From assembly GCF_902713615.1 (NCBI RefSeq), contig NC_052159.1:70656520-70720519 (forward strand): a stretch of DNA of 64,000 bases, read 5' to 3'. This DNA comes from Scyliorhinus canicula (Eukaryota). This document shows positions 1 through 12,454 of the stretch, in pieces (the first letter of the stretch is position 1; each line of letters opens with the position of its first letter). Position numbers and translations under genes: made by a program. The notes below the pieces were generated by a model, which saw nothing but the letters and a program-made list of their open reading frames with translations, made no database searches and was not told the origin of the DNA.

Positions 1-1481
1 GGGGGGGAAATATTTGCCCACCAAAGTCATGGTCCTCACCAAAGCGAGGGTTTTTTTGGGGCGTCCTGAACCTTGCGCTCCTTTGCATCCTAGCCAAGTG
101 TGTATGAGTTTATACCTCCAGGAAGTGTGTGATAATAAATATTTTTTTCTTTTAATTCACAAAAGCTTGCTGCTGGAATGTATTTGAATTGAGACACCAC
201 TCAATGATAAGAAAACACATTATGTTTACACTTCAAAGCACTTTAACCATGAAAAATAAGAAAACAGATATACTGTCAATTACAGTACCAAATTTGCTAT
301 ATTTAAAGCTCACCCAGGAATTTGTCGGTTCTCTTCCCTCCATTGAAAATAATTGAATTCAGAATACAGAATTCAGGTGCAGTGATTACAATGCAAAATA
401 ATTTGTTTGATTAATGTGGTTGATAGAATATTTGGAAGTAACAGACTGAAAGGTACAGTATTGCATTGGGTGCCGCAGGGAATGATGACTCGTTGCATGT
501 TTGTGAAAGTAGTGGAAGCCAAACCAGATGATCTTCTGTTTGTGATTATTGATAAATCCTGTGTCCAGACAATACATCTTTAGCCTTCTCAGAAACCTTT
601 TTGGCTGTGGGCATTTTGCTCATGGGATCAAATGTCATTCCTAATGAGCTGATGCAGCTTTCTCTGAAGTTGAAGTAGAATTACAAAAGTCATCTTATTA
701 GCATCTTCCAGCTCTTGTAAATAATAGAATAATGAAAGTCCACACTAGACAAGTTCATGCTTTGTTTGGTCAGTTCATTCTGCTCTCAGTGTTTGCATTT
801 AATTCAACATGTGTGTGAATATAGTTAGGAGCCACTTCATGAAATGTAGATGCACTTTTACTTTTAATCAACAATTGTCCTGCTATGAATCTCCCAAAGC
901 AACATATTTGCATGCAGCTCCAAGGATGTTGAAGAGATGATTAACATAAATATATATATATAGAAATTTAGAATATGTACATATTTTTAGAGTTATAATG
1001 CATATCCACAAATATATTCCCAGAAATTCAAGACCAATGATTATTTGGGAAAAGGCTAATCCTTAACGGAATCCCGTTACCAGAATTCAAATCTCAGACT
1101 TTCCATTTATTTATGGAATGAATTATAAATGACTTCATTTGTATTCAGCAAACAAATCATTAGCAGTATCATTGCAAATGTCACATACACATAATCAATC
1201 TGTCAGACTGCATGTACAGTAAAACACACAGCAGTTCACATAAAGTTCTTCTCTCACGTTTGTCCATTTTCTTTAGGGAATCTATTTGAAAATGTGTGCC
1301 TTAAAGCTTCAGTATTCCTTATCCTAAACATCTTCAAATCAATATTGAAGTCATTGCCTAGTGCTAAAAGCATCATCCCCATCATTTCAAAATATGCTTA
1401 ACTATTTGAGTGCAGAATTGTCTTTATCTTTTCAAAACTCATGTTTTGATGGCTCAAGTGTTTCTGGTGGGGAAAAACTCT

Positions 1482-2950
1482 GGGCGAGATTCTCCGCACT
1501 CCCGACGGTGCGGAGAATAGCGTGGCTCGTAAAATTTTACGGCCACGCTATTCCGACGCCCTCCCGCTATTCTCCCCCCCCCCCACGCCCAACTCCCGAC
1601 ACGAATCGCTGCCGCCGTTTTTTTACGGCCGGCAGCGATTCTCAGCTGGCCGATGGGCCGAGTTCCCAGCCCTTTACGGCTGTTTTTACGAACGGCAAAC
1701 ACACCTGGGGCGAGATTCTCCCATATGGGGAGAAATCGTAAGGCTGGCGTCAAATCCGGGTGGGTTTGACGACAGCCCCCCCCCCCCTTCCCGACCGGGA
1801 ACCGATTCTGGTCCCCGGTCGGGGCTAGCAGCCCGACGCCGTAAACTCCGGCATCACGGGCTTTCGTTAAGCCCGCTTGCCAGAGTTAGCGCCGGCTGAC
1901 GCGTCATATGACGTCAGCCGCGCATGCGCGGATTGGAAGACTCCAACCCGCGCATACGCGGATGACGTCATCGCGTATTTGCGCGAAACCCGCGCATGCG
2001 CGGGCCGGGATGCCCCTCAGCCGCCCCGCGAATGGATACTGCGGGGCGGCGGAAGGACAAATAGTGCGCGGGCATCGGGCCCGCTGCCCGCGATCGGTGG
2101 GCACCGATCGCGGGCCCATGGCACCCTTGGCACAGCCATGGTACTGCCGTGCCAATCGGTGCCATGGTTATAAAAAGCGAGAGTTTACGGCCATTTTTAC
2201 GAACGGCCAGACCAGTTGTGTTTGCCGTTCGTAAAAACAGCCATAAAGGGCTGGGAACTCGGCCCATCGGCCAGCTGAGAATCGCTGCCGGCCGTAAAAA
2301 AATGGCGGCAGCGATTCGTGTCGGGAGTTGGGCGTGGGGGGGGGGGAGAATAGCGGGAGGGCGTCGGAACAGCGTGGCTGTGAAATTGTATGAGCCACGC
2401 TATTCTCCGCACCGTCGGGAGTGCGGAGAATCTTGCCCCTGGTCTGGCCGTTCGTAAAAACGGCCGTAAACTCTCGCTTTTTATAACCATGGCACCGATT
2501 GGCACGGCAGTACCACGGCCGTGCCAAGGGTGCCATGGGCCCGCGATCGGTGGGCACCGATCGCGGGCAGCGGGCCCGATGCCCGCACACTATTTGTCCT
2601 TCCGCCGCCCCGCAGTATCCATTCGCGGAGCGGCTGAGGGGCATCCCGGCCCGCGCATGCACGGGTTTCGCGCAAATACGCGATGACGTCATCCGCGTAT
2701 GTGCGGGTTGGAGTCTTCCAATCCGCGCGTGCGCGGCTGACGTCATATGACGCGTCAGCCGCCGCTAACTCTGGCAAGCGGGCTTAACAAAATTCGTTAA
2801 GCCCGTGATGCCGGAGTTTACGGCGTCGGGCTGCTAGCCCCGACCGGGATCCAGAATCGGTTCCCGGTCGGGAAGGGGGAGGCTGGCGTCAAACCCGCCC
2901 GGATTTGACGCCAGCCTTGCGGTTTCTCCCCATATGGGAGAATCTCGCCC
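1482..2950 (+). mobile_element. CpG-rich non-autonomous DNA transposon (MITE, PIF/Harbinger-like), outer copy split by a nested copy (arms 1482-1707 and 2442-2950)
   Basis: TIRs GGGCGAGATTCTCC (1482) and GGAGAATCTCGCCC (ends 2950); flanks tct/cct (imperfect 3-bp TSD); the joined arms are the reverse complement of the inner copy. Confidence 0.85.
1708..2438 (-). mobile_element. Same-family MITE nested in the opposite orientation
   Basis: TIRs GGGCGAGATTCTCC / GGAGAATCTTGCCC; perfect TSD CTG at 1705-1707 and 2439-2441. Confidence 0.9.
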
Positions 2951-3142
2951 CCTATGTTTTATGTTGGGATGATTGTCCTTTTTAGAGCTAGGTTTCTGTG
3001 AAAGATTTGTTGTAAACAACCTGGCTTCCAGTAGCTAATCATGTGACCAAGTTGCCTGTGGTATAAACAATAGAAAAAATGGACAGCAAAATATTTTTTT
3101 AGGGGTAAGTAAATTGTGGGTGTGGCTCTAATCTCAAGCAGG

Positions 3143-3779
3143 GGCCGGAATTCTCCGCACCTTTAGGGGCCAAGCCCTCACATTGAGGGGCTAGGCCCAT
3201 GCCGGAGTGGTCCCCACTCCGCCGGCTGGCGTGAACGGTCTTTGGCGCCATGCCAGCCGGGGCCGAAAGGACTTCGCCAGCCGGCGTAAGTCCACGTATG
3301 CGCTGGAGCATCAGCGGCTGCTGACGTCATACCGGCACATGCGCAGGGGAGGGGGTCTCCCCCCCATGGTGAAGACCATGGCGAAGGCCGAAGAAAAAGA
3401 GTGCTCCCATGGCACGGGCCCGCCCGCCGATCGGTGGGCCCCGATTTCAGGCCAGGCCACCGTGGGGGCACCCCCCAGGGTCAGATCGCCCCGCGCGCCC
3501 CCCCCCCCCCCCCAGGACCCCAGAGCCTGCCCGCGCCGCCAATCCCGCCGGTCAGGTAGGTGGTTTAATCCACGCCGGTGGGAGAGGCCTGTCAGCGGCG
3601 GGACTTCGGCCCATTGCGGGCCAGAGAATTGCTACGGGGGGTCCGCCGACCGGCGCGGCGCGATTCCCGCCCCTGCCGAATCTCGGGTGGCGGAGAATTC
3701 GGGACACGGTGGGGACGGGATTGATGCCAGCCCCGGGTGATTCTCCGACCCGGTGGGGGTGGGTCAGAGAATCCCACCC
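3143..3779. mobile_element. CpG-rich MITE, second subfamily (related to 30206-30900)
   Basis: TIRs GGCCGGAATTCTCC / AGAGAATCCCACCC; TSD AGG on both sides; sharp GC-rich block in AT-rich DNA. Confidence 0.85.
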
Positions 3780-5378
3780 AGGGTTATTAGTTTTAATCTG
3801 GAACAAGCTTGCTGCAAGAAAAATCTCATTCAGAGTTAAGTTTAAAATTGTGTGTACTGGGTATGTTAACTGAACTACTCCACTGACAGTGAGCCAGACT
3901 TCTGGAAGAGCTAAACTGAGGATAGAGAGAAAGAGAGAGTTTTAGATACAATACTCCAAAGCTAAAGATTATTAGAGCTAAAGCATAAGATAGTTCTGAC
4001 CCGAGGTGGCATCACGTAAAATGTTAGCGATGCTGGTGTTGAACTGGAGTTCACAACTATGCTATAGTTGGAGATGTGAAGGGAAAAATCTTGCTGAAAA
4101 TATGTGAAACGCCAAAGAAACCTCATCCCTTAAAACAAATCTTTGATACCGTATTCAGGCCAAATGGTTAAACCTCAGATTTCTGTAAGTATCTGACTTG
4201 AGTTTTGGGGGGGGGGGTAAATTAAATTGGTGTTGAAGGAGAGAAGTTTGGTTTACAGTATAAAGAACTGGTGTTTAATATTTTTTAACCTAACTATTTA
4301 AGATGGAATCCAGTTGTGAGTAATCAAGTTCTTGGATTCTTAGGTAGTAAAATTATTTTGCTTTAAACTGTGAACCCTGTGGCCTCACTCTTTTAGAAAA
4401 TGTCTGGTTTTTCAGACTTCCAAAAAAGAATGTCACTGGTCACTGCTCAGATTGTAACAATATGTACAAAAAAGAATCCCATATGTACTAAAAGGAATCC
4501 CAGGATTATTCTTGGAACTGTAAAGTATGTATTCAAGAATTCAAAGAACCACAGAAACTTTTAGCACTTTTGACAATCTTTGGCATGGAAAAGTGGAGCC
4601 AAATTAACTTCCTCCTCAAAAACCCAGGTTAATCCACGTTTGAGATTTATTTTTCTGTTTTTATCTTGCCGTGGTGAAGTTCTGGCAGGTTAAAGGGCTG
4701 CCTGGCCTTCATTTTCCTGCTATCGAAGAGGCATGTATGTTCCCACAGTTATTCAAGTCAACACCTTTGTGTAACTGACCTGCCGGAGCTGCAAAGCACC
4801 ATCGAGGCTTCTTTCTTTCTATTCCCATACTGCTGAAGGGAAATACCAAAGGCACAGTTTGTGGGTTTTTTTGGAAACGGTAACAGGACTGAATCAATGC
4901 TTCTCTTGCTCTGTATTATTGATTTCCAGAACTGAAATCCTCACCGCACCCATGCTGCCCCAACTGAATTTGAATCTGTTCTTTCAATAATCCCTTCAAT
5001 CTTTCAGTTGTGGTTATTCAGATTGACTTCAACGATTTGCCTGCATTCCAAGCCATGAATGACACAGCTGCAATAATCTTGCAAAAAGTAATGAGATGTG
5101 ACTATTTTCAGTTAAATGTAAATCTGTAATTGCTTGGTTATGCATTATTCAGGAACAATTTTTGACTTCTCATAACCAATTAGTTTGCAAAATATTCATG
5201 TTTTAAATAGTCATTAATGACAATTAAAACTGATGCAAACTGAGTAATTTGAAAAAGAAATACATTTATATACACACACACATCTTTTTATATCGTTATC
5301 TGGTATGTGTAAAGCACAGTTACAAATAGAATTGCTGCAATAAATTCCATGGTACCAAAATGTTGCCAGAAGAGAAGT

Positions 5379-5572
5379 AGGAAGTCTTACCACACCAGGT
5401 TAAAGTCCAACATGTTCGTTTCAAACACTAGCTTTCGGAGCACTGCTCCTTCCTCCTGAGCTCCACTAGCTCCGAAAGCTAGTGTTTGAAACAAACCTGT
5501 TGAACTTTAACCTGGTGTTGTAAGACTTCTTACTGTGCTCACCCCAGTCCAACGCTAGCATCTCCACATCAT
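5379..5572. mobile_element. Short fold-back retroelement remnant (probably Penelope-like)
   Basis: 61-bp inverted arms 5381-5441 / 5469-5529 (4 mismatches); 11-bp direct repeat AGAAGAGAAGT at 5368-5378 and 5573-5583. The Penelope assignment is inference. Confidence 0.65.
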
Positions 5573-6304
5573 AGAAGAGAAGTGTCACTAAATCAGGAAT
5601 TGAACGATGAATTTAATTATGTTAAATGTTCTCTCACTTAGAGGATAACACAGGCATTTACCCACTATGTGGAAAATTTCCGAAGTATGTCCTGTCCATA
5701 AAAAGCAGGTCAAATCTAATCTGGCCAACTACCACTCCATTAGCCTACTCTCATCATCAGCAAAATGAGGCAAGGTGTCACTGACATGTACTGAGAAATG
5801 ACCTGCTCACCAATGCTCAGTTTGGGTTCCACCAGGGATCTCAGCTTCTGACCTCTGTGCAACCTGAGCCCAAAGGCGTGACTGCTATATATAACTGGGA
5901 CATCGCCGTGGGGTAAACACGCTGGGAGTCAAGGATGTTCAACTGCACCTTGAGCGGCACTCGTGCTGTCATTGAGCACCAGTGGAATATGTAGAAACCA
6001 GGATTTGGTTCCGGTGAAATTGGGCTGTGTGGGAGGGCCTGTACAGCTGCGGCTCCTGGATGGAGAATGGCATGGAGATGTGGAGCAAGTCACAAATTAT
6101 TGGACAGATCATTTCTATGGCAAAGCTCTGCAAATGACAACACATTCTCAGGCTTATCCTCTGTTTCTGTTGAGGAAATTACGAGGGGTGATACTGTGTG
6201 TATTATTTTGTGAAAATTAGCTGATATAGCTTTGTATTGGTACCAATATGGAACAGTGGCGTTTCCTTGTTGTTTAATGGTTAGTGTGATATGTGGTATG
6301 TCAC

Positions 6305-6500
6305 GTAATGTATCAGCCCCAACCTTGCGCACAAATTTGAGGCATTCACATTGCGCAGCACCTCACACCACAATCCCTCTTCTAGCGCCACCCCCAGCTC
6401 CATGAACACCCTATCCTCTTCCTGGATCCTCCTGTAAATCACTGAGACATCCCCCTGACCTGGCTCCCAGCTTAAAGTGTTGTCTAAACTGGCCCTAATC
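6305..6500 (-). mobile_element. L1/Tx1-type LINE ORF2 C-terminal fragment
   Basis: Translation GDVSVIYRRI...ELGVALEEGLWCEVLRNVNASNLCARLGLIHY resembles the region before the C-terminal zinc knuckle of fish L1 ORF2. Confidence 0.6.
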
Positions 6501-6719
6501 CTCAACGTGGTCATCACCATGAGACTCACCGAATACTTCCCTGGGGCCATTGTCAGTGGTGCCATTGCCAGCACCTCCAACCCTGACCCCTACAAGATCC
6601 CGCCTCCATCTTTACCCACAGAGCCTGCCCCGCTCCTTGCTCCAACCCCACACCTTCTCTGCATTTGCCGTCCAATCATAATACAGCAAGATTGTGAGGC
6701 CTCGGCTCCCCTACTGACG

Positions 6720-6930
6720 CCCTCTCTGCAGGATCACCCTCCTAATTGTTAAGGCGGGAAAGAGCCCAGACGGGCATCAGGATGCCAGTCCTCATCCCCT
6801 ATGAGAAGCAGGCCCTGGAAATCATGAGGTTGTCTGAGGATAAAGCAATCATCGACGGCGATGTTGGCCTGCACTACCCAGCTGAGCATCCACTGCCCCT
6901 TCACCTAGATGACATGTCTCAAGTGAGTTG
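6720..6930 (+). mobile_element. Decayed Harbinger Myb/SANT-like ORF fragment (second exon)
   Basis: Acceptor-like ctctctgcag followed by RRERAQTG...LIPYEKQALEI...EDKAIIDGDVG, similar to the post-Myb segment of vertebrate Harbinger DNA-binding proteins. Confidence 0.5.
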
Positions 6931-7511
6931 TCAGACAAAATAACCTCACTAATCATTGGTGCTGCCATTCAAATATTTCAATGTTACCGCAGGTACAAAA
7001 TTATGGAAATAATCTGTAATAACAGCAACTTCGTACTAAAATGTACTGAAAATGTGGAAAAAAAAGCAAATCCTTTGATGTTGTAGGAGGTACTGTTTTA
7101 AAATCATGGGTTCCCCTTTTAGGAGAGAGTTGAGGAGAATTTTTTTCTCTGAGGGTTTTGCGACTTTGGAACTCTGCCTCAGGTGATGGAGGCATGGGGG
7201 GGGGGGGGGGGGGTGGGTCACTGAATAGTTTTAAGGTGGAGGTAAATAGATTCTTGTTAGGCAAGGATAATCAAATGTTAAGGTCCAGGCAAGTTGATTC
7301 TTGGTAGGTAAAGGAATCAAATGTTTCAGGGGTTGATGGGAATATAGAATGCCAAACACAAACAGATCAGCCATGATCTTATTGAACCGTGGGGCCAAAT
7401 AGCCTATTTCTGCTTCTATTTTTGATGTTTGTATGTGATCATTCCTGTACACATGGAGCTCCACGTGTTAGCACAAAATAATGCTATGTGCTCACTTGCT
7501 TGAAAGCTGGG

Positions 7512-7814
7512 TGTGGTAGCATGGCTAGAGAGATCATATTACCAAAGAACCAAGCTGCCATTGGTACAGCAGCCTCGCTGCCCATTGGCCCAGGCAAGTC
7601 ATGTGCCTCTCTGCCAATTGGTTGTGGCTGGTCATGTGACTCCCCGCCGATTGGCTGAGAGGTTGGGAGCTCCGCCTACAAGGTGGGGTATAAGAGCTCA
7701 TGCTGGCTGGTAGTCGGCCTTTTTCTGTACGACCACAGCCGGGCTCACATCTAGCGTATTAAAGCCTGTTGTTTGGAACTTCACTATGACTCGAGTCCAA
7801 TTGATGATGCATCA
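7512..7814 (+). mobile_element. Solo LTR (Gypsy-type)
   Basis: TG...CA termini, internal TATAA and ATTAAA, perfect 5-bp TSD CTGGG (7507-7511, 7815-7819). Confidence 0.85.
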
Positions 7815-8321
7815 CTGGGCACTTAATGAGGCTAGTGCACGTCTGGTACACAGATCTCATCACACAGCACATTTCGGCCATGTTAACCTGCACTACTGAT
7901 GCACCACAGGTCGAAGAAATTGGTCCAATTGCTGCAAGCTATCACCCATATTGCCAACAAGTGTGGCATCAGCTCATAGGCTGTGATCCCTGATCAAGTT
8001 GGGAAGCCGATTTGAAGGTGATGACATTTTGTTCAAAATCACTCCTGGGACCAATTCATGTGTTTAAACTTAAACTACTGCTTCGAAAAAATTTTATTAA
8101 GTAACTTGGTCAATGCACAGATAAATATTAAAGTGCTTTTTGACTGGAGGCACCTTTCTCCTCCTGTGTGAGGCACATTCCTTTGCTTCTTGCAAGTTAA
8201 ACAATAGAAAATTAGCCTTAAATTTTCACAATAAGCTGTATGTTATTTTACTACAATGGGATTGTCATGTCATTCACTCAACTGGTAAGTGAATTGGGAA
8301 ACTGGAATTTTATTTTAATAA

Positions 8322-11300
8322 TGTGGTGAATGGATTTCTGTAACAATTCACCATATGCTTACCTGTATTACGCTGTTGCCCATGTGGGCTTCACCTATGA
8401 ACTATTGTATGGTATTACCTATAATGTAGCATATTGGGGCCTGTGTGGGCAACCCCCTTGTGGACCCCCGACCAAAGAATACCCCAGGCCTGTGCCGCGT
8501 AGCAACCCACCCACCATGGGGGCTACCCTGTCATTTCTGCAGCCAGCCTCAACACCCCAGGCAACGCTGCCCGGCCCGGAACGTGAACTGCAGTGACTGC
8601 GGGAGAAAAGGATGTTTTGCGAAAGTTTGCCTAGCCAGGTCCAAAAACTCTACATCACAAGCCCGACCCTCGGACTCACAGGCCCGCAGTCACCAGCCTC
8701 GTGTTGTCCGTGGGGGCAGCCATCTCCAAGCCCGCACAACACATGCGACTCACGGGGGTCGCCAGCTTGGCCATCCTTGCCCACGTGGCCCGCCACGTGC
8801 GATTCATGGGGGCTGCCATCTTGGACGCCATCTTCCTCACCGCCTGACACGTGCGACCAAAGGAGGCAGCCATCTTGGGACCACCCCAGCACCTTCGACC
8901 ACGCTGGCTACCCACAACTCAGCGTGGTCACCCTTGACCAGTCACGGCCCAAACACCTCTGGAGCTCTATGATGACCTTCATTCATCTGGACATGGCAAG
9001 ACGCTGCTCGCTCCCAATCTTCCCGACGCATCAAACTATCTCGCTTGCCTCCGGGTCGCACTCGGTGCCGGTCCGAGGGTGCACTACCGCAACCCTCGCA
9101 ATACAGGGCGCCGAGTACACCAATTTTAAATTATATGTACTCCCCAACCTCTGCACTCCTCTTCTATTGGGACTGGATTTCCAATGTAACCTCAGGAGCC
9201 TCACCCTGAAGTTCGGCTGGCCCCTATCCCTACTCACCATATGTAGCCTCGCGAGCCTAAAGGTTGACTCTCCCCCACTCTTCGCAAACCTCACCGCCGA
9301 CTGCAAACCAGTCGCCACCAGAAGCAGGCGGTACAGCATTCAGGACAGGACTTTTATCAGGTCCGAGGTCCAACAACTCTTGTGGGAGGGGATCATCGAG
9401 GCCAATAACAGCCCCTGGAGAGCTCAGGTGGTTGATGTCAGGACCGGGGAAAAGAACCGGATGGTTGTAGATTACAGCCAAACCATAAACCGGTACACGC
9501 ACCCCGATGCGTACCCACTTCCCCGGATCGCAGACATGGTTAATCAGATCACGCACTACCTGGTGTACTCCACAGTGGATCGGAAGTCTGCGTGCCACCA
9601 GCTCCCAATCCGCCCGGAGGACCGCCACTACACGGCTTTTGAGGCAGACGGCCACCTCTTCCACTTTCTCCAGATCCCTTTTGGCGTCATGAACGGGGTC
9701 TCGGTTTTCCAAAGAACGATGGACCGAATGGTGGACCAGTACGGGCTGCAGGGGGCCACATTTCCGTACTTGGACAATGTCGCCATCTGCGGCCATGATC
9801 AGCAGGACCACGATGCCAACCTCCAGAGATTTCTCCAAACCGCCCAAACCCTTAACCTCACTTACAACAAGGAGAAATACGTTTTCCGCATGATCAGACT
9901 AGCCATCCTCGGCTACATTGTGGAAAACGGGGCCCTAGGACCCGACCCTGACCGTATGCGCCCCCTCCCGCAACTCCCCCTTCCCCACTGCCGCAAGGCC
10001 CTGAAAAGTGACTCGGGTTCTTTTCATATTACACCCAGTGGGTCCCCAACTATGCGGACAAAGCCCGCCCACTAATCAAGGCCACCATCTTCCCACTGGC
10101 GGCTGAGGCCCGCCAGGCCTTCAGCTGCATCAATGCAGATATTGCCAAAGCCGTGATACACGCGGTGGACGAATCCGTCCCCTTCTAGGTGGAGAGCGAC
10201 GCATCAGAGGTCACCCTCGCCGCTACCCTCAATCAGGCAGGCAGGCCCGTAGCGTTTTTTTCACGAATCCTCACCACCTCCGAAATTCGACACTCCTCAG
10301 TCGGAAAGGAGCCCCAAGCCATCGTGGAAACCGTGCGGCACTGGAGGCACTACCTCGCTGATAGGAGGTTTACCCTCCTCACCGACCAACGATCGGTAGC
10401 CTTCATGTTCGATAATACCCTGCGGGGCAATATCAAAAATGATAAGATCTTGAGGTGGAGAATCGAACTCTCCACCTATAATTAAGATTTAGTATATCGC
10501 CCTGGGAAGCTCAACAAGACCCCAGATGCCCTGTCCGGCAGCACATGCGCCAGCGCGCAAGGTGATCGTCTCCGGGCTATTAACGATGACCTCTGCCACC
10601 CGGGGATCACCCGGCTTCTCCACTACATCAAGGCCCGCAACCTGCCCTACTTCACTGAGGAGGTCAGAGCCATGACCAGGGACTGCCCGATCTGCACAGA
10701 GTGCAAGCCGCACTTCTATCGACCAGATAAGGCCCACCTGGTAAAGGCATCCTGGCCCTTTGAGCACCTTAGTATCGATTTCAAAGGGCCACTCCACCTC
10801 AGGGCCCTCGCTTCCGCCCTGGCTGAAGACACCGGGGCCCGTCCTGCTCTGCAAGCACGTCAGGAGCCAAATGTCCGAACCCCTGGTCGTGAGGTTCCAG
10901 CTCCTACACTCCAAACCCCCAGTACGCATACATCGAACACCCCGACGGCCGACAGGATACGGTCTCCCTCCGAGACCTGGCACCCGCAGGTTCCACTACC
11001 ACTGCCACCCCATCTTACCCCACCCAACCTACGCTGATCAGCGCCCCCACCCCTACGTGGAACCAGCACCCCCTCCCGCCCACCATTCCCCCTTCACTGA
11101 CCCACAGGAATGAAGCTCCAGAAGACACGCTCCCAGAGTCCACGTCTGTACCTGCACCGGCGACTTCACTACCGATGCCACCACGGATGAGTTCGACGCC
11201 CGGGCCAGCAGCGACACCAGAGCTTCGGCATTCACAGCGCACAATCCGCGCGCCGGACAGGCTGAACTTATGAACCCCCGCCAGACTTCATTTTTTTAAC

Positions 11301-11710
11301 AGTGGGTGAATGTGGTGAATGTATTGAGTAACAATTCACCATCTGAAATGAAAATGAAAATGAAAATCGCTTATTGTCACGAGTAGGCTTCAAGGAAGTT
11401 ACTGTGAAAAGCCCCTAGTCGCCACATTCCGGCGCCTGTCCGGGGAGGCTGATACGGAATACGGTGATACCTGATATGGTGCTTATCTGTATTACGCTGT
11501 TGCCCATGTGGGCTCCACCTATGGACCATTGCATGGTATTACTTATAATGTGGCATGCTGGGGCCTGTGTGAGCTCTGCCCTTGACTCCACCCCTTGAGG
11601 GGACGTAGAAAGAGCAGTCCCACTAACAGTCGGAGGCAGGCACTGTTCTAGTTGATTAAAGCCACAGTTTACTTCTACTCCTGGTTTCGTGTGAATTGAT
11701 AGTCGCATCA
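8322..11710 (+). mobile_element. Gypsy/Ty3 LTR retrotransposon, internally deleted
   Basis: 5' LTR remnant 8322-~8447 matches the 3' LTR 11311-11710; TSD AATAA; gag knuckle CSDCGRKGCFAKVC, protease LLLGLDF, RT, RNase H (ESDAS...) and integrase zinc-finger region (CHPG...CPICTEC); integrase core deleted near 10795; a SINE fragment sits inside the 3' LTR (~11346-11460). Confidence 0.95.
8612..10075 (+). pseudogene. Gypsy protease/reverse transcriptase reading frame (disrupted pol)
   Basis: SPWRAQVV, RMVVDYSQTIN, AYPLPRI, TAF, PFG and YLDN motifs; frameshift at the 3' end, RNase H continues at 10189-10485. Confidence 0.9.
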
Positions 11711-12454
11711 AATAATAAACAGAACGTAATATGCACCAAATAAAAATAGAAAATATGCATCAAGCCGATGTCTGTGAAGTCAAAAATGGGCAGTTAGTTA
11801 CAGAGCCACCTTCATCAGAAATGAAATCAGTGACAAAGGGTCTACACCCAAAACTTTGAGGCACATCATTAACTTCTCACACAGAGTATGTCTGGAATTG
11901 TGGTCTTATTGCCATTGTGGACACCAACAGATTTTGGATTCCACAATGCAATGTAGATTGGGTGGTTTCTAGAACATGCAGCTGATCCACGACACTTATT
12001 AAATGACTGATTGATAATCTATCCTATTGAGCCACATTTTCTTTTAAAAGTATTAACAGACCCATCTTATACTTTCAGCAATTCCAGACTTTATTCCACT
12101 TCTCTTCATTAGTACTTTTTTCTCTTTGTCTCGAAAATGTACTCTGCCCTTCAACATTAAATACAATTATTGTTCGCAACATTTTCATATTATTGTAAGA
12201 GTAGCATGCGTTTATTTCGAAGGTTGGAACTCGAATCAAGATGCCTGTGTATTTTATTTATTATAATTCTATCTCAATATTTGATGAAAGGGTAATCTAG
12301 ATGTACCAGCTGGAGTGTTAGCGAACTGGTGACTGAAAGTGTGCAAGCCAAAAATCCTGGCACTTACTGCCGAAGGTCACGTTCCCTAGTGACCACAACC
12401 CTACTGGAATATGCTGGGTCGGGGTAAAGTGACCAAATTTGCATTCCCTCCAAG

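Noticed and set aside
386-577. Minus-strand ORF as a further convertase exon
   Set aside because: No prodomain or S8 similarity and no convincing splice pair.
1482-2950. GC-rich blocks as bacterial contamination, horizontal transfer or a CRISPR-like array
   Set aside because: The blocks are bounded by TIRs and TSDs and some interrupt host LINEs cleanly; there is no repeat-spacer periodicity and no prokaryotic gene.
1361-3873. Many overlapping Arg/Pro/Gly-rich ORFs on both strands (also at 30028-30850, 34847-35379, 52654-53434 and 54646-55391)
   Set aside because: They arise from stop-poor, GC-rich palindromic MITE sequence; no domain motifs, and the same peptides recur at each copy.
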